From: an uncultured Actinomycetota bacterium
GTDB lineage: Bacteria > Actinomycetota > Actinomycetes > Mycobacteriales > Pseudonocardiaceae
NCBI GenBank assembly: GCA_963727745.1
Contig: CAVSHL010000011.1
Location: forward strand, 644,344 to 708,343
DNA: 64,000 nt
Direction: 5' to 3'
The notes under the pieces were generated by a model that saw only the letters and a list, made by a program, of their open reading frames with translations, did not search any database and was not told the origin of the DNA. The translations under genes were made by a program, and so were the position numbers. Shown here one piece after another: positions 1 to 9,612 of the stretch. Numbering within the stretch: the first letter of the stretch is position 1; each line of letters starts with the position of its first letter.

Positions 1-1100
1 CCGGTGCGCGGCCTGGAGACTGTCGATCCGGCGGCGCGTCCATTCGCCGTCGTCGGCGACCAACATGACGGTCGGCCCGTCGAAGTTGGTGCCCGGCTCG
101 AAATAGGCCTCGACACCGGCGCGCGTCGACGTCCACTCGTCGAGGTAGCCGAAGTCCACTTCGACGGGTTTCGACTGGGCGCGGGGAGCGCGTCGGCGGC
201 GAATGCGGAGGAACGATCGGACGACCAGCCAGGACGAGGAGGATGCCGAGCGCCAGCAACAGCCAGAGTTCGGGCCGCTCCCAGTAACCGGCGGCTTCGG
301 GACCGGTCGTCGCGATGGCGTCGTTGATCCAGCTGCGGAAGGGCGAAACTTCGGTCGCGCGGCCCTTCTCGGAACCGCTGGAGAAGTGGGTGCTTCCACC
401 GAGGGTGCCGAGCAACTCCAAGCGCCCGTCGACGTTGATGACGATGGGCCCGCCCGAATCACCCTTGGCGGTCCCTTCCCGCGGGTCCTCTTCGGGCCAG
501 TACAGCTCGTGGGCCTGTTCGTCTTCGACGGAATCGCGATACTGAGACGGTGCGAACAACGCGATCTGCAGCTGCTTGAGGACCGGGGACGCCGAACAGT
601 CCTCTTCCTCGCAGGTCCTGCCCCAGCCGATCACCGTGGCCGACCGACCGGACTGCGGAGCCATCGGCGCCGCAATGGGAATCGGTGTCTTGTCGGTTGA
701 TCTGGCGAGTTCGATCAGGCCGATGTCACGTAGACCTGGCTCTGTGACCAGACGCGCGGCATGACCGACCTCGCCGTCATACCTCTCGGTCGCCCCCAGG
801 TACAGCGTGAAGTCCTGCGCGCTGAGCAATGGCGCGCGCAAGTCGCCTTCCTCTGCGCTGGGGACGTCAGCGACAAGACAATGCGCCGCTGTGACCACCC
901 ATCGCTTGTCGATCAGAACGCCGGTGCATTCGCCGGTCTTGCTGGTGACCAGCACGGTCCACGGATATTCCTGGGTGACGGTCCGGCCGCCCACGATCCC
1001 CGAAGCCGTTCCGCCTGACACCAGTGACAGCGCCACCACACAAGCGATGACGATGACCGTACGGACAGCCGTGAACGCTGACAGATTCCCCGCCCCCCAA
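1..1100 (-). pseudogene. Trypsin-like (S1) serine protease with signal peptide, C-terminal TM helix and small cytoplasmic domain; two apparent +1 frameshifts; runs off the left window edge
   Basis: Manual minus-strand translation gives hydrophobic leader, IVGG (997-986), VTAAHC (His 883-881), DIGLIEL (Asp 727-725) and GDSGGP (Ser 457-455) in one frame. RBS TAAGGAG + TTG at 1100 is one base out of frame (G6 run 1093-1098). A second shift at 232-233 joins the TM helix to a domain reading VEAYFEP..VMLVADDGEWTRRR. Confidence 0.8.
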
Positions 1101-1365
1101 CAGGTATCTCCTTACTCTTGCAACAACGAGCTCCAGGGCCCGTCATTTGTCACGAGCGGAGCCGGGCGTCGGGCCTCACACACCGGATCGGGTCCTCTCG
1201 GCCGTCGACACGCGTCATCTCGAGCTTCGATCGCACGCTCACGTCGTCCCCCACCAGCGGGCGGGATCCGGTCATTCCGGACCAGCCCCGACGCTCGCCA
1301 GAAGATACTGCCGCCTACGGTCCCCGGCAAGCTCGACAAGACGCTGCTGATCCGCGAAGTGAGCG

Positions 1366-2223
1366 TCAGCGCAGCTCCGCGATGACCTTCCCGAAGCTCT
1401 CCAGCGCCGCTTCCATCACGGTGATGTAGCTGATGCCCAGCAGCTCGCGGTCGCGGTGCAGCTCCTCGGCGATCTGGGCGGCGGTGCCCACCGAGATGGT
1501 CGGGGCGCCGAGGATCTGCTCGTCGTCGAGGTGGGGGCCGAAGCGCCGCAGCGCCGGCATCGCAGCCGCGCGGTCCTCGGTGAGGACGGTGGCCTTCGAG
1601 AGGATGTTGAGCTCCTGGTCCGCTGCCTGCGCGCCGGCCGCGGCCATGGTGAACGCCACCCGCTCGAGCATCTGCTCGAAGGTGGCGATCACCATCCGGC
1701 CGTACTCCGGCCGGTACCGGGCGCCCACGAAGCTGACGACCTCGGCCCGTTCCGCGGCAAGGCGCAGCACCCGGTCACCGTGCCCGCCGACGAGCATCCG
1801 CGGGCGGCTCTTCCCCTCCTGGTCCAGCTCCTGCACGACGGCCTCCAGCCGGTCGACCCGGCTGCCGGGGCTGCCGAACGTGATGCCGGTGCGGTCGAAC
1901 TCCCACTCCACGTACCCGGTGCCGAGGCCGACCTCGAGCCGCCCGTCGACGAAGTCGTCGAGCGTGCGCAGATCCCTGGCCAGGAGCGCCGGGTTGTGGA
2001 ACGCGGCGTTGAGCACGTACGTGCCGACCTGCACCCGCTGCGTGGCCTCCGCGGCCAGCACCACAGACGGGAACGGCGAGGCGAGGTTCAGGTGGTCCGG
2101 GGCCGAGACGATGTCGTAGCCGAGGTCCTCGGCGCGCCGGGCCTTGGCCGTCCATTCGCTGCGCGAGCAGCCCTCGGAGATCAGGACGACGCCGAAGCGG
2201 AACGGCCGCGGTGACCTGCTCAT
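1366..2223 (-). CDS. LLM-class, probably F420-dependent oxidoreductase (TIGR03621-like)
   Basis: FRFGV...RRAEDLGYD..PDHL, GTYVLNAAFHNPALLAR, GRLEVGLGTG motifs; starts 3 bp after the C-methyltransferase stop. Confidence 0.85.
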   Translation of the reverse strand: MSRSPRPFRFGVVLISEGCSRSEWTAKARRAEDLGYDIVSAPDHLNLASPFPSVVLAAEATQRVQVGTYVLNAAFHNPALLARDLRTLDDFVDGRLEVGLGTGYVEWEFDRTGITFGSPGSRVDRLEAVVQELDQEGKSRPRMLVGGHGDRVLRLAAERAEVVSFVGARYRPEYGRMVIATFEQMLERVAFTMAAAGAQAADQELNILSKATVLTEDRAAAMPALRRFGPHLDDEQILGAPTISVGTAAQIAEELHRDRELLGISYITVMEAALESFGKVIAELR

Positions 2224-2226
2224 GGC

Positions 2227-3444
2227 TCAGACGACGTGCACGTGGGGCACGTAGAGGATGAAGCGCCCGCCGGCCTCCCGGAAGGCCGCTTCCTTCGCCA
2301 TGATCTCCTCGGCGTGGTTCCAGGCGAACAGCAGCGCGTAGTCCGGCGCCTCGGTGGCGAACGCCTCCGCCGGCCGGACCGGGATGTGCGTGCCCGGGGT
2401 GACCCGGTGCTGCTTGGCCGGTGTGGTGTCGCAGACGAACGAGACCAGCTCGCTGTTCAGGCCGCACATGTTGGCCACGGTGGCGCTCTTGGCCGTCGCG
2501 CCGTAGGCGACGACCTTCTTGCCCTGCGCGCGGAGGTCGGTGAGCAGGGTGACCAGGTCGTCGCGGATGCGGGTGACGCGATCGCCGAACGCCGCGAGCG
2601 TCTCCAGGGTGGCCAGCCCGGCCGCGTCCTCCTCGGCGATCAGGGCGGCGACCGCGGGCGCCGGGGTGCGGGCGCCGGCGCGGGCCAGCGTGTAGCGCAC
2701 CTCGCCGCCGTGCACGGGCAGCCGCGCCACGTCGACGAGCTCGAAGCCGAACCGCGCGGCCATGGCCTGCACCGAGCGGGCGGCGAAGAGGTAGAAGTGC
2801 TCGTCGTAGATCTGGTCGAACGACGTGCGGGCGTTGATGTCGCCCAGGTAGGGGTCCTCGAAGACGAACACGCCGTTCGGCTGCAGCAGCACGTCCAGCC
2901 CGGCGAAGATCGACTCCGCGTACGGGATGTGGCACATGGTGTTGGCCGCGTAGACCACGTCGGCCGGGCCGTCCTCGGCGGCGATCTCCGTGGCCGTGGA
3001 CTCCTCGAAGAACTGCGTGCGCACCCGGACGCCCTTGCCCCTGGCGACCTCGGCGACCCCGCCGGAGGGCTCGACGCCCAGGTGCCGCACGCCGGCGTCG
3101 GCCACGGTGCGCAGCATGATGCCGTCGTTGCACCCGATCTCGACGATGAACGGGTCCGGCCCGGTCAGCTCGGTGTCGAGGAAGTGGTGCGCGGTCGCCT
3201 CGAAGTGCTTGCGCATGACCGACGAGCCGGACGAGAAGTAGGGGTAGTCCTCGTGGAACATCTTGTTCCGCGGGACCTCCTCCATGAGTTGGACCATGGT
3301 GCAGTTTCGGCACAGGCCGACCGCCAGCCGGAAGAAGAACTCCCCCGTGTACTCGCCTGGCTCGGGGAATGCATCCGACAACGGCTGCCGACCGAAATCG
3401 TAGAATTCGGCGAGGGGCTGCTCGCACACGCGACAGTCAGTCAT
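2227..3444 (-). CDS. evaC: TDP-sugar C3-methyltransferase (EvaC/TcaB9-like)
   Basis: N-terminal CRVC and CRNC Zn motifs, EIGCNDG SAM motif, DQIYDEH, YGATAKS, LLFAWNH. Start re-called at ATG 3444 (MTDCRVC). Confidence 0.92.
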   Translation of the reverse strand: MTDCRVCEQPLAEFYDFGRQPLSDAFPEPGEYTGEFFFRLAVGLCRNCTMVQLMEEVPRNKMFHEDYPYFSSGSSVMRKHFEATAHHFLDTELTGPDPFIVEIGCNDGIMLRTVADAGVRHLGVEPSGGVAEVARGKGVRVRTQFFEESTATEIAAEDGPADVVYAANTMCHIPYAESIFAGLDVLLQPNGVFVFEDPYLGDINARTSFDQIYDEHFYLFAARSVQAMAARFGFELVDVARLPVHGGEVRYTLARAGARTPAPAVAALIAEEDAAGLATLETLAAFGDRVTRIRDDLVTLLTDLRAQGKKVVAYGATAKSATVANMCGLNSELVSFVCDTTPAKQHRVTPGTHIPVRPAEAFATEAPDYALLFAWNHAEEIMAKEAAFREAGGRFILYVPHVHVV

Positions 3445-3477
3445 AGGAAAAATGTAGGTTCCTCGGTAGCGGGGGCC

Positions 3478-3508
3478 AACCCCTGAAAATGGCGCCGGCA
3501 CCCCTGTC
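3478..3508 (-). promoter_or_regulatory. Pair of CAGGGGT motifs upstream of evaC
   Basis: On the minus strand, GACAGGGGTG (3508-3499) and TTCAGGGGTT (3487-3478), 21 bp apart in the 70-bp gap. Confidence 0.4.
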
Positions 3509-3514
3509 CATTCG

Positions 3515-4252
3515 TCAGGTACGGGCGGAGTCGTGCTTGTAGCGCACGACGACGGCGGCGCCGAGCGCCAGCGTCCAGGCCGCCAGCACGAGCGCGGGCA
3601 CCAGCACGCCCTGCCCGGTCGGCAGCACGCCCGCCCGGCCGAGCTCGGCCAGCCAGTAGCTGGGCACGAACTGGGCGACGGTCGTCCACCACGGCGGCAA
3701 CGTGTCGAGGGGCATGAACAGCCCGCCGAGCATGGCCAGCAGCAACATGCCGACGATCACGAAGTTCTGCACGTTGTCCTTGGTGGCCAGCTGGCCGATC
3801 AGCAGGCCGAGGATCGCGAACGGCAGGGACCCGAGCCAGACCAGCACCACGGCGTGGAACCAGCCGGTGGCGGTGAGCTGCACACCTTCGAGCAGCACCG
3901 CGACCAGCGGCACGACCAGCGCCGTCGGCAGGGCGACGGCCATCCCGACGGCGACCTTGCCGGCCAGGAAGCCACCGCCGGACAGCGGGGTGAGCCGCAG
4001 CTGGCGCTGCCAGCCGATGGTCCGCTCGTGGACCACCCGCGTGCCGATCAGCAACCCGGCCGTCATGACGCCCCAGGCCGTCATGCCGACCATGATGCTC
4101 TGCGGGTACTGCGCGGCGATCCCGCCGGCGATGTCCTTGAACAGCATCATCTCCAGCAGGTAGAACGCTGCCGGGAAGCCGATGGTGAACAGCAGGGTGC
4201 CCATCGAGCGCAGCGCCCGGCGGGCCTCCAGTACCAGGTATCCGATGCTCAC
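3515..4252 (-). CDS. ABC-2 type exporter permease
   Basis: About six hydrophobic segments, ER..GW.RQLRLTPL motif, overlaps the ATPase stop. Confidence 0.88.
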   Translation of the reverse strand: MSIGYLVLEARRALRSMGTLLFTIGFPAAFYLLEMMLFKDIAGGIAAQYPQSIMVGMTAWGVMTAGLLIGTRVVHERTIGWQRQLRLTPLSGGGFLAGKVAVGMAVALPTALVVPLVAVLLEGVQLTATGWFHAVVLVWLGSLPFAILGLLIGQLATKDNVQNFVIVGMLLLAMLGGLFMPLDTLPPWWTTVAQFVPSYWLAELGRAGVLPTGQGVLVPALVLAAWTLALGAAVVVRYKHDSART

Positions 4253-5205
4253 GTCGCCCTCCCGGACGGGTTCGAGGAGCTGGTCAGCGCGATGAACGCC
4301 TCGTCCAGGCTGACGCCGGCGATCTCGATGTCGCGGGCATGGGGGAACCGGGCGAGCAGGGCGCGCAGGGTGTCGTCGGAGTGCGTGCTGACGACCACGA
4401 CCTTGTCGTGGCGGATCTCGACGTCGGCCACGCCCGGCAGGTCGGCGACCTGGGCCGCGTGCACCCCGGGGATCACCGCGTGCAGCGCGCGACCCGCGGC
4501 CAGTGACTGCACCTCGGCCACCGAGCCGTCGGCGACGATCGTGCCGGCCTTCATGAAGATGACGCGGTCGGCGTACTCCTCGGCCTCTTCCAGGTAGTGG
4601 GTGGCGAACACGACGGTCCGCCCGGCGTCGGTGAACTCCTGCATCGAGTGCCAGAACTCGCGCCGCGTGCCGACGTCCATGGCCGCGGTCGGCTCGTCGA
4701 GCACCAGCAGTGCCGGGTCGCTGACCAGCGCGATCGCGTAGCGCACCCGCTGCTTCTGGCCGCCGGACAGCCGCGTCGACAGCCGCTTGGCCAGGTCGGC
4801 GATGCCGGCCCTGCGCAGCGCCTCCTCGACGGGCATCGGGGTGCGGTGCAGGGACGCGACCATGGCCACCATCTCGCCGACGGTGGCGTCGTCGAGCAGC
4901 GCGCCGCTCTGCAGCATCGCGCCGATCGCGCCCTCGGCCACCGCCTCGGCCGGGGTCCTGCCGAACACCCGCACCTCGCCGGCGTCCGGTTCGGTCAGGC
5001 CCAGGATCATGTCGACGGTGGTGGACTTCCCGGCCCCGTTGGGGCCGAGGAATGCGACGACCTCGCCCGGCGCGATCGCCATGGACACCCCGTCGACAGC
5101 TCGGACCTCTCCGTAGTGCTTGCGCAATCCGCGCACCCAGATAGCGGTGCCGGTCGCGTCGTCGGGGACGCTCTCGATGCGGCTGGTCGTGACGGCGTCG
5201 GACAT
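4249..5205 (-). CDS. ABC exporter ATP-binding protein
   Basis: Walker A GPNGAGKS, LSGGQ, Walker B LLVLDEPT. Start uncertain (ATG 5205 preferred; the frame is open to 5265). Confidence 0.9.
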   Translation of the reverse strand: MSDAVTTSRIESVPDDATGTAIWVRGLRKHYGEVRAVDGVSMAIAPGEVVAFLGPNGAGKSTTVDMILGLTEPDAGEVRVFGRTPAEAVAEGAIGAMLQSGALLDDATVGEMVAMVASLHRTPMPVEEALRRAGIADLAKRLSTRLSGGQKQRVRYAIALVSDPALLVLDEPTAAMDVGTRREFWHSMQEFTDAGRTVVFATHYLEEAEEYADRVIFMKAGTIVADGSVAEVQSLAAGRALHAVIPGVHAAQVADLPGVADVEIRHDKVVVVSTHSDDTLRALLARFPHARDIEIAGVSLDEAFIALTSSSNPSGRAT

Positions 5206-5296
5206 GACAACGAGCATGCCCGAATTGTCGTCATCATCGCTGATCCGGTCGTCACTTGTTTCCACTGACAGATGTCATTCTTCGGTTGATCCCGAT

Positions 5297-5332
5297 GCCG
5301 GGGTGAAAGGACAGGGGTCGGACAAGGGTTGT
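5297..5332 (+). promoter_or_regulatory. 11-bp tandem repeats in the ABC/evaB divergent promoter
   Basis: ACAGGGGTCGG (5311-5321) followed by ACAAGGGTTGT (5322-5332), with CCGGGGTG just upstream. Confidence 0.45.
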
Positions 5333-5364
5333 CGCGGGCACATCGCTGCGATTGGCTCGACATC

Positions 5365-6474
5365 ATGACGACCCGCGTGTGGGACTATCTGCCCGAGTAC
5401 GAGCAGGAGCGCGACGATCTTCGCGATGCGGTCGACACCGTGTTCTCCTCGGGCCAACTCATCCTCGGTCCCAGCGTGCGCGGTTTCGAGGAGGACTTCG
5501 CGGCGTACCACGGCGTCCGGCACGCGGTCGGCGTCGACAACGGCACGAACGCGATCGTGCTCGGCCTGCGGGCGCTCGGCGTCGGGCCCGGCGACGAGGT
5601 GATCACCGTGTCCAACACGGCCGCCCCGACGGTCGTGGCGATCGACCAGATCGGCGCCACGCCGGTCTTCGTCGACGTGCACCCCGACGACTACCTGATG
5701 GACGTCGGCCAGGTGGAAGCGCGGATCACCGAGCGCACGAAGTGCCTGCTGCCGGTGCACCTGTACGGGCAGTGCGTCGACATGGATCCGCTGCAGGCCG
5801 TTGCCGACCGGCACGGCCTGCCGATCTTCGAGGACTGCGCGCAGGCGCACGCCGCGCGCCATCACGGCCGGCTGGCCGGCTCCATGGGTCGGGCGGCCGC
5901 GTTCTCCTTCTACCCGACCAAGGTCCTGGGCGCGTACGGCGACGGCGGCGCCACCATCACCTCCGACGACGAGGTGGCCGCGAACCTGCACCGGCTGCGC
6001 TACTACGGCATGGAGAAGACGTACTACGTCGTCTCGACGCCGGGGCACAACGCGCGGCTCGACGAGCTGCAGGCCGAGATCCTGCGCCGCAAGCTGACCC
6101 GGCTGGACACCTACGCGGCCGGCCGGCGCGCGGTGGCCCAGCGCTACCAGGAGGGGCTCGGCGACACCGAGCTGGTGCTGCCCGAGGTCAGCTCCGGCAA
6201 CGAGCACGTCTACTACGTGCACGTCGTCCGCCACCCCGACCGCGACGCCATCATCGAGGCGCTGCGCGCCTACGACATCCACCTCAACATCAGCTACCCG
6301 TGGCCGGTGCACACCATGTCGGGCTTCGCGAAGCTCGGCTGGGAGCGGGGATCGCTGCCGGTCACCGAGCGGCTGGCCGGCGAGATCTTCTCGCTGCCGA
6401 TGTACCCGTCCCTGCCGGAGGCCACGCAGGAAAAGGTGATCATGGCGGTGCGCGAGGTGCTCGGCGCCCCCTGA
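5365..6474 (+). CDS. evaB: TDP-3-ketosugar aminotransferase (DegT/DnrJ/EryC1/StrS family, EvaB-like)
   Basis: MTTRVWDY N-terminus, [29 protein letters not shown] (PLP lysine), NARLDELQA. Confidence 0.93.
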   Translation: MTTRVWDYLPEYEQERDDLRDAVDTVFSSGQLILGPSVRGFEEDFAAYHGVRHAVGVDNGTNAIVLGLRALGVGPGDEVITVSNTAAPTVVAIDQIGATPVFVDVHPDDYLMDVGQVEARITERTKCLLPVHLYGQCVDMDPLQAVADRHGLPIFEDCAQAHAARHHGRLAGSMGRAAAFSFYPTKVLGAYGDGGATITSDDEVAANLHRLRYYGMEKTYYVVSTPGHNARLDELQAEILRRKLTRLDTYAAGRRAVAQRYQEGLGDTELVLPEVSSGNEHVYYVHVVRHPDRDAIIEALRAYDIHLNISYPWPVHTMSGFAKLGWERGSLPVTERLAGEIFSLPMYPSLPEATQEKVIMAVREVLGAP

Positions 6475-6510
6475 TCTCCCGCCGTATCCACGTCGCCCAC
6501 GGGAGGGCCC

Positions 6511-7761
6511 ATGCGCGTCCTGTTCGCCTGCGTCTCCGAGAAGTCGCACATCCTGACCATGGCCCCGCTGGCCTGGGCGCTGACCAACGCCGGGCACGAG
6601 GTGCGGCTGGCCAGTGCCCCGGCGGTGACCGACACGATCACCTCGGCCGGGATCACCGCGGTGCCGGTGGGCACCGACCACACGCTGCACGAGGCACTCG
6701 CCCAGGAGGAGTCCGTCGAGCACCCGCTCTCGGACTGGAGCGAGCCGTGGGCCGACAAGCAGACCTGGGAGATGCTGCTGCTGAAGTACCAGGTCGGGGT
6801 CGGCTACGCCTTCCAGCCCTACAACGACACCATCGTCGACGACCTCGTCGAGTTCGCCCGGTACTGGCAGCCCGACCTGGTGATCTGGGACCCGATCACG
6901 TTCGCCGGGCCCGTCGCGGCCAGGGCGGTGGGCGCAGCGCACGCGCGGTTGACGTGGTGCGTCGACGTCTACTCCACGATGCGCCAGGTCTTCCACGAGC
7001 TGGCCGCCCAACAGCCCGAGGACCAGCGCAGCGACCCGATGGCCGACTGGCTGGGCGCGCAGCTCGAACGGCACGGAAGCGAGTTCCACGAGGACGTCGT
7101 CAACGGCCAGTTCACGATCGACCTCATCCCCGACGGCATCCAGCTGCCGCTCCCGGTGGACCGGGTCCCGGTGCGGTTCACGCCGTACCACGGTCGGTCC
7201 GTCGTGCCGAAGTGGCTGATGGCGCCGCCGGAGCGGCGCCGGGTGCTGCTCACCCTCGGTGTGTCGTTCGGGACGGTGCTGGGCAGCTCGTTCGTCCCGC
7301 TGGAGGCCGCCTTCGAGGCGCTGGCCGACCTGGACGTCGAAGTCGTCGCCACGCTCGGCGACGCCGATCTGGCCGCCGTGGGCAGCGTGCCCGACAACGT
7401 GCGGGTGGTCGATTTCGTGCCGATGCACGCGCTCATGCCCAGCCTGTCCGCCGTCGTCCACCACGGTGGCTACGGCACCTGGTCGGCCGCCGCGCTCTAC
7501 GGGGTGCCGCAGTACGTGCTACCGATCCGCATGTCCGACATGTGGATCAGGGGCGAGCGGCTGGCGGAGTTCGGCGCGGGCATCGTCACCCACCCCACCG
7601 AGGTCACGGTCGACGGGCTGCGCTCCGGGGTGCAGGCGCTGCTCGACCAGCCGTCCTACGCCGCACGGGCCGCCGACCTGCGCCGCACCATGCTCGAGAC
7701 CCCGACGGTCAACGACATCGTCGCCCCGCTCGAGGAGCTGGCCGACAAGCACCGCGCCTGA
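6511..7761 (+). CDS. GT1 glycosyltransferase, EryCIII/DesVII (activator-dependent) type
   Basis: MRVLF...SH...MAPLAWAL..AGHEVR, DDLVEFARYWQPDLVIWDP, VVDFVPMHALMP, VVHHGGYGT. Confidence 0.9.
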   Translation: MRVLFACVSEKSHILTMAPLAWALTNAGHEVRLASAPAVTDTITSAGITAVPVGTDHTLHEALAQEESVEHPLSDWSEPWADKQTWEMLLLKYQVGVGYAFQPYNDTIVDDLVEFARYWQPDLVIWDPITFAGPVAARAVGAAHARLTWCVDVYSTMRQVFHELAAQQPEDQRSDPMADWLGAQLERHGSEFHEDVVNGQFTIDLIPDGIQLPLPVDRVPVRFTPYHGRSVVPKWLMAPPERRRVLLTLGVSFGTVLGSSFVPLEAAFEALADLDVEVVATLGDADLAAVGSVPDNVRVVDFVPMHALMPSLSAVVHHGGYGTWSAAALYGVPQYVLPIRMSDMWIRGERLAEFGAGIVTHPTEVTVDGLRSGVQALLDQPSYAARAADLRRTMLETPTVNDIVAPLEELADKHRA

Positions 7762-7810
7762 CCTACGGCCGGTCCAGGGCCGCGGTCAGCCAGCGCCAGT
7801 GCCGATAACG

Positions 7811-7874
7811 CGCTCGAACGGCACACCACGGCTGTTCCAGCATGATCGAACAACCATGGTGTGCCGTTCGAGCG
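7811..7874. repeat. 27-bp-stem inverted repeat (REP-like or terminator/mRNA-end hairpin)
   Basis: CGCTCGAACGGCACACCACGGCTGTTC, 10-nt loop, GAACAACCATGGTGTGCCGTTCGAGCG; 2 mismatches. Confidence 0.8.
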
Positions 7875-7938
7875 GGTCGTCAGTCCGCCAGCAGTACTCG
7901 GTAGGTCTACCCGGGGCTCCGCCCCGCACCCCGGCCTC

Positions 7939-8004
7939 AAGATCGCGTTGAGGTCGAGGTATTTGCGGCTTCTGCCGCGCAAACTTCGACTTCGACGCGA
8001 TCTT
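7939..8004. repeat. ~31-bp-stem imperfect inverted repeat (REP-like or terminator/mRNA-end hairpin)
   Basis: AAGATCGCGTTGAGGTCGAGGTATTTGCGGC, loop TTCT, GCCGCGCAAACTTCGACTTCGACGCGATCTT. Confidence 0.75.
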
Positions 8005-8038
8005 CGCGGCTGCGACACACCTGACGAAGTACGGGCTG

Positions 8039-9487
8039 CTAGGACTTGCCGAACAGGCTGTGCAGGCACGCCACCAGGCTCCGGGCCTCGACGTTGACGT
8101 AGTGGCTGTGGCGCAGCAGCTCGACCACCTGGTGCAGGGGCATCCAGCGGTGGTCGGGGTGGTCCTGCGGGGCGGCCTCGTCGTCGGTCTCGACGACGAG
8201 GTAGCGGGTGCGGGCGTGGTGGAAGCGCCCGCCCTCCTCGGAGAGCACGGTGTCGAAGCGGATGCGCTCGGCCGGCGCCGACAGCACCTCGTCGAGGAAC
8301 CGTGGACGCGCCGGCTGGTCGGTGTAGTTGTCCACCGTGCACTGGACGGTGGGGGCGAGTTCGGTGACATCCAGGTCGCCGGGCTCCGCCCGGGCGTGCA
8401 CCAGCAGGTGCAGCACACCGCCGATGGGGCGCACCAGGAACGCCGCGAGCCCGTCGCCGCACGGCCGCAGCATCGGCTGCGACCAGCTGCGGACCTCGCG
8501 ACCACCGGCGTGCACGTCCACCCCGATGACGGTGAAGAACCGGCCGCTCACGTGCGCGATGGCGCCGTCGGTGCGCGTCCAGTCCTGTACGTCGCCCAGC
8601 GGGATGCGCCGCACGGTGATGTCGTGGCGGGCGCGGGTGTCGGTGATCCAGCTGAGGATCTCGCCGGTGCCGTGCTTCGCGCCGGCCTGCTCGTCGCAGG
8701 AGTGCAGCAGGGTGCGCAGGAACTCGTCCTGGACGGGTGTGGCGAGCGCCGCGAGCCCCGGCCCGCTGAACGGGAGGCAGGAGAGCACCGTGCGGGCGTC
8801 CATGTTGAGGACGTCCGGCTCGGCGAGCAGTGCGTGCAGCTGGCCCAGCGTCAGCCAGCAGAAGTCCTCGAGCAGCTCCACGTCCGCGTCGCCGACGTCG
8901 ACGATCATGTTGCGGTTGCGCTTCTGGTAGAACCACGAGCCCTGCTCGGACTGCCGCACGTCGGCGATCACCTGGTACCGGCTGGTGTCGACGAAGTACT
9001 CCAGGTACGGCACCGACCTGCCGTGGTGCACCCGGGTGTAGTTGCTGCGGGTGGCCTGCACGGTGGGGGAGAGCTGCACCCCGTTGCAGTTGCCCGGCTC
9101 CACCTTGGCCTGCATGAGGAAGTGCAGGACGCCGTCGATCTCCTTGACCAGGATGCCCAGGATGCCCACCTCGGGCTGGTTGATGATCGGCTGGGTCCAG
9201 GCCGGCACGGGGCCGCCGGGCCGGCGCACGTCCAGGCCCTCGATGGCGAAGAACTTGCCGCTGTCGTGGCGGATGTCGCCGGTGTCGGGATCGGTGGACC
9301 ACTGCTGGAGCGCGTCGAGCGGTACCCGGTGCACCTCGGTGTAGTTGCGCTCCCCGCACTGTTGCAGCCAGCGGCGGAACTCGGCGTTCGCGGTCGTTCC
9401 GGAAACGGTGTGCACGGATCGGGCGATCAGCAGCGGAACCGCGGGTCTGATGAGCGTCGATGCGGAACTGCTGATGGTGGCGGGCAT
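8039..9487 (-). CDS. evaA: NDP-hexose 2,3-dehydratase (EvaA-like)
   Basis: HDSGKFFAIEG, QPIINQPEVGILG, QLSPTVQATRSNYTRVH, QSEQGSWF..KRNRNM, ELAPTVQC, SEEGGRFHH. RBS GAGGAG before ATG 9487. Confidence 0.92.
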   Translation of the reverse strand: MPATISSSASTLIRPAVPLLIARSVHTVSGTTANAEFRRWLQQCGERNYTEVHRVPLDALQQWSTDPDTGDIRHDSGKFFAIEGLDVRRPGGPVPAWTQPIINQPEVGILGILVKEIDGVLHFLMQAKVEPGNCNGVQLSPTVQATRSNYTRVHHGRSVPYLEYFVDTSRYQVIADVRQSEQGSWFYQKRNRNMIVDVGDADVELLEDFCWLTLGQLHALLAEPDVLNMDARTVLSCLPFSGPGLAALATPVQDEFLRTLLHSCDEQAGAKHGTGEILSWITDTRARHDITVRRIPLGDVQDWTRTDGAIAHVSGRFFTVIGVDVHAGGREVRSWSQPMLRPCGDGLAAFLVRPIGGVLHLLVHARAEPGDLDVTELAPTVQCTVDNYTDQPARPRFLDEVLSAPAERIRFDTVLSEEGGRFHHARTRYLVVETDDEAAPQDHPDHRWMPLHQVVELLRHSHYVNVEARSLVACLHSLFGKS

Positions 9488-9569
9488 CGCACACTCCTCG
9501 TCCGGCGCATTCTTCTGATGCGTCCACAATAGGAATGACGGGATGTCAGGAGAACGTTTTCGGGCCGAC

Positions 9570-9597
9570 GCAGGGGTTCTGCAGGGGCTACCCCTGA
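9570..9597. promoter_or_regulatory. 11-bp tandem CAGGGG repeats plus an inverted copy upstream of evaA
   Basis: GCAGGGGTTCT (9570-9580), GCAGGGGCTAC (9581-9591), overlapping TACCCCTGA (9589-9597). Confidence 0.5.
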
Positions 9598-9612
9598 ATC
9601 GTCGAGCGGTGC

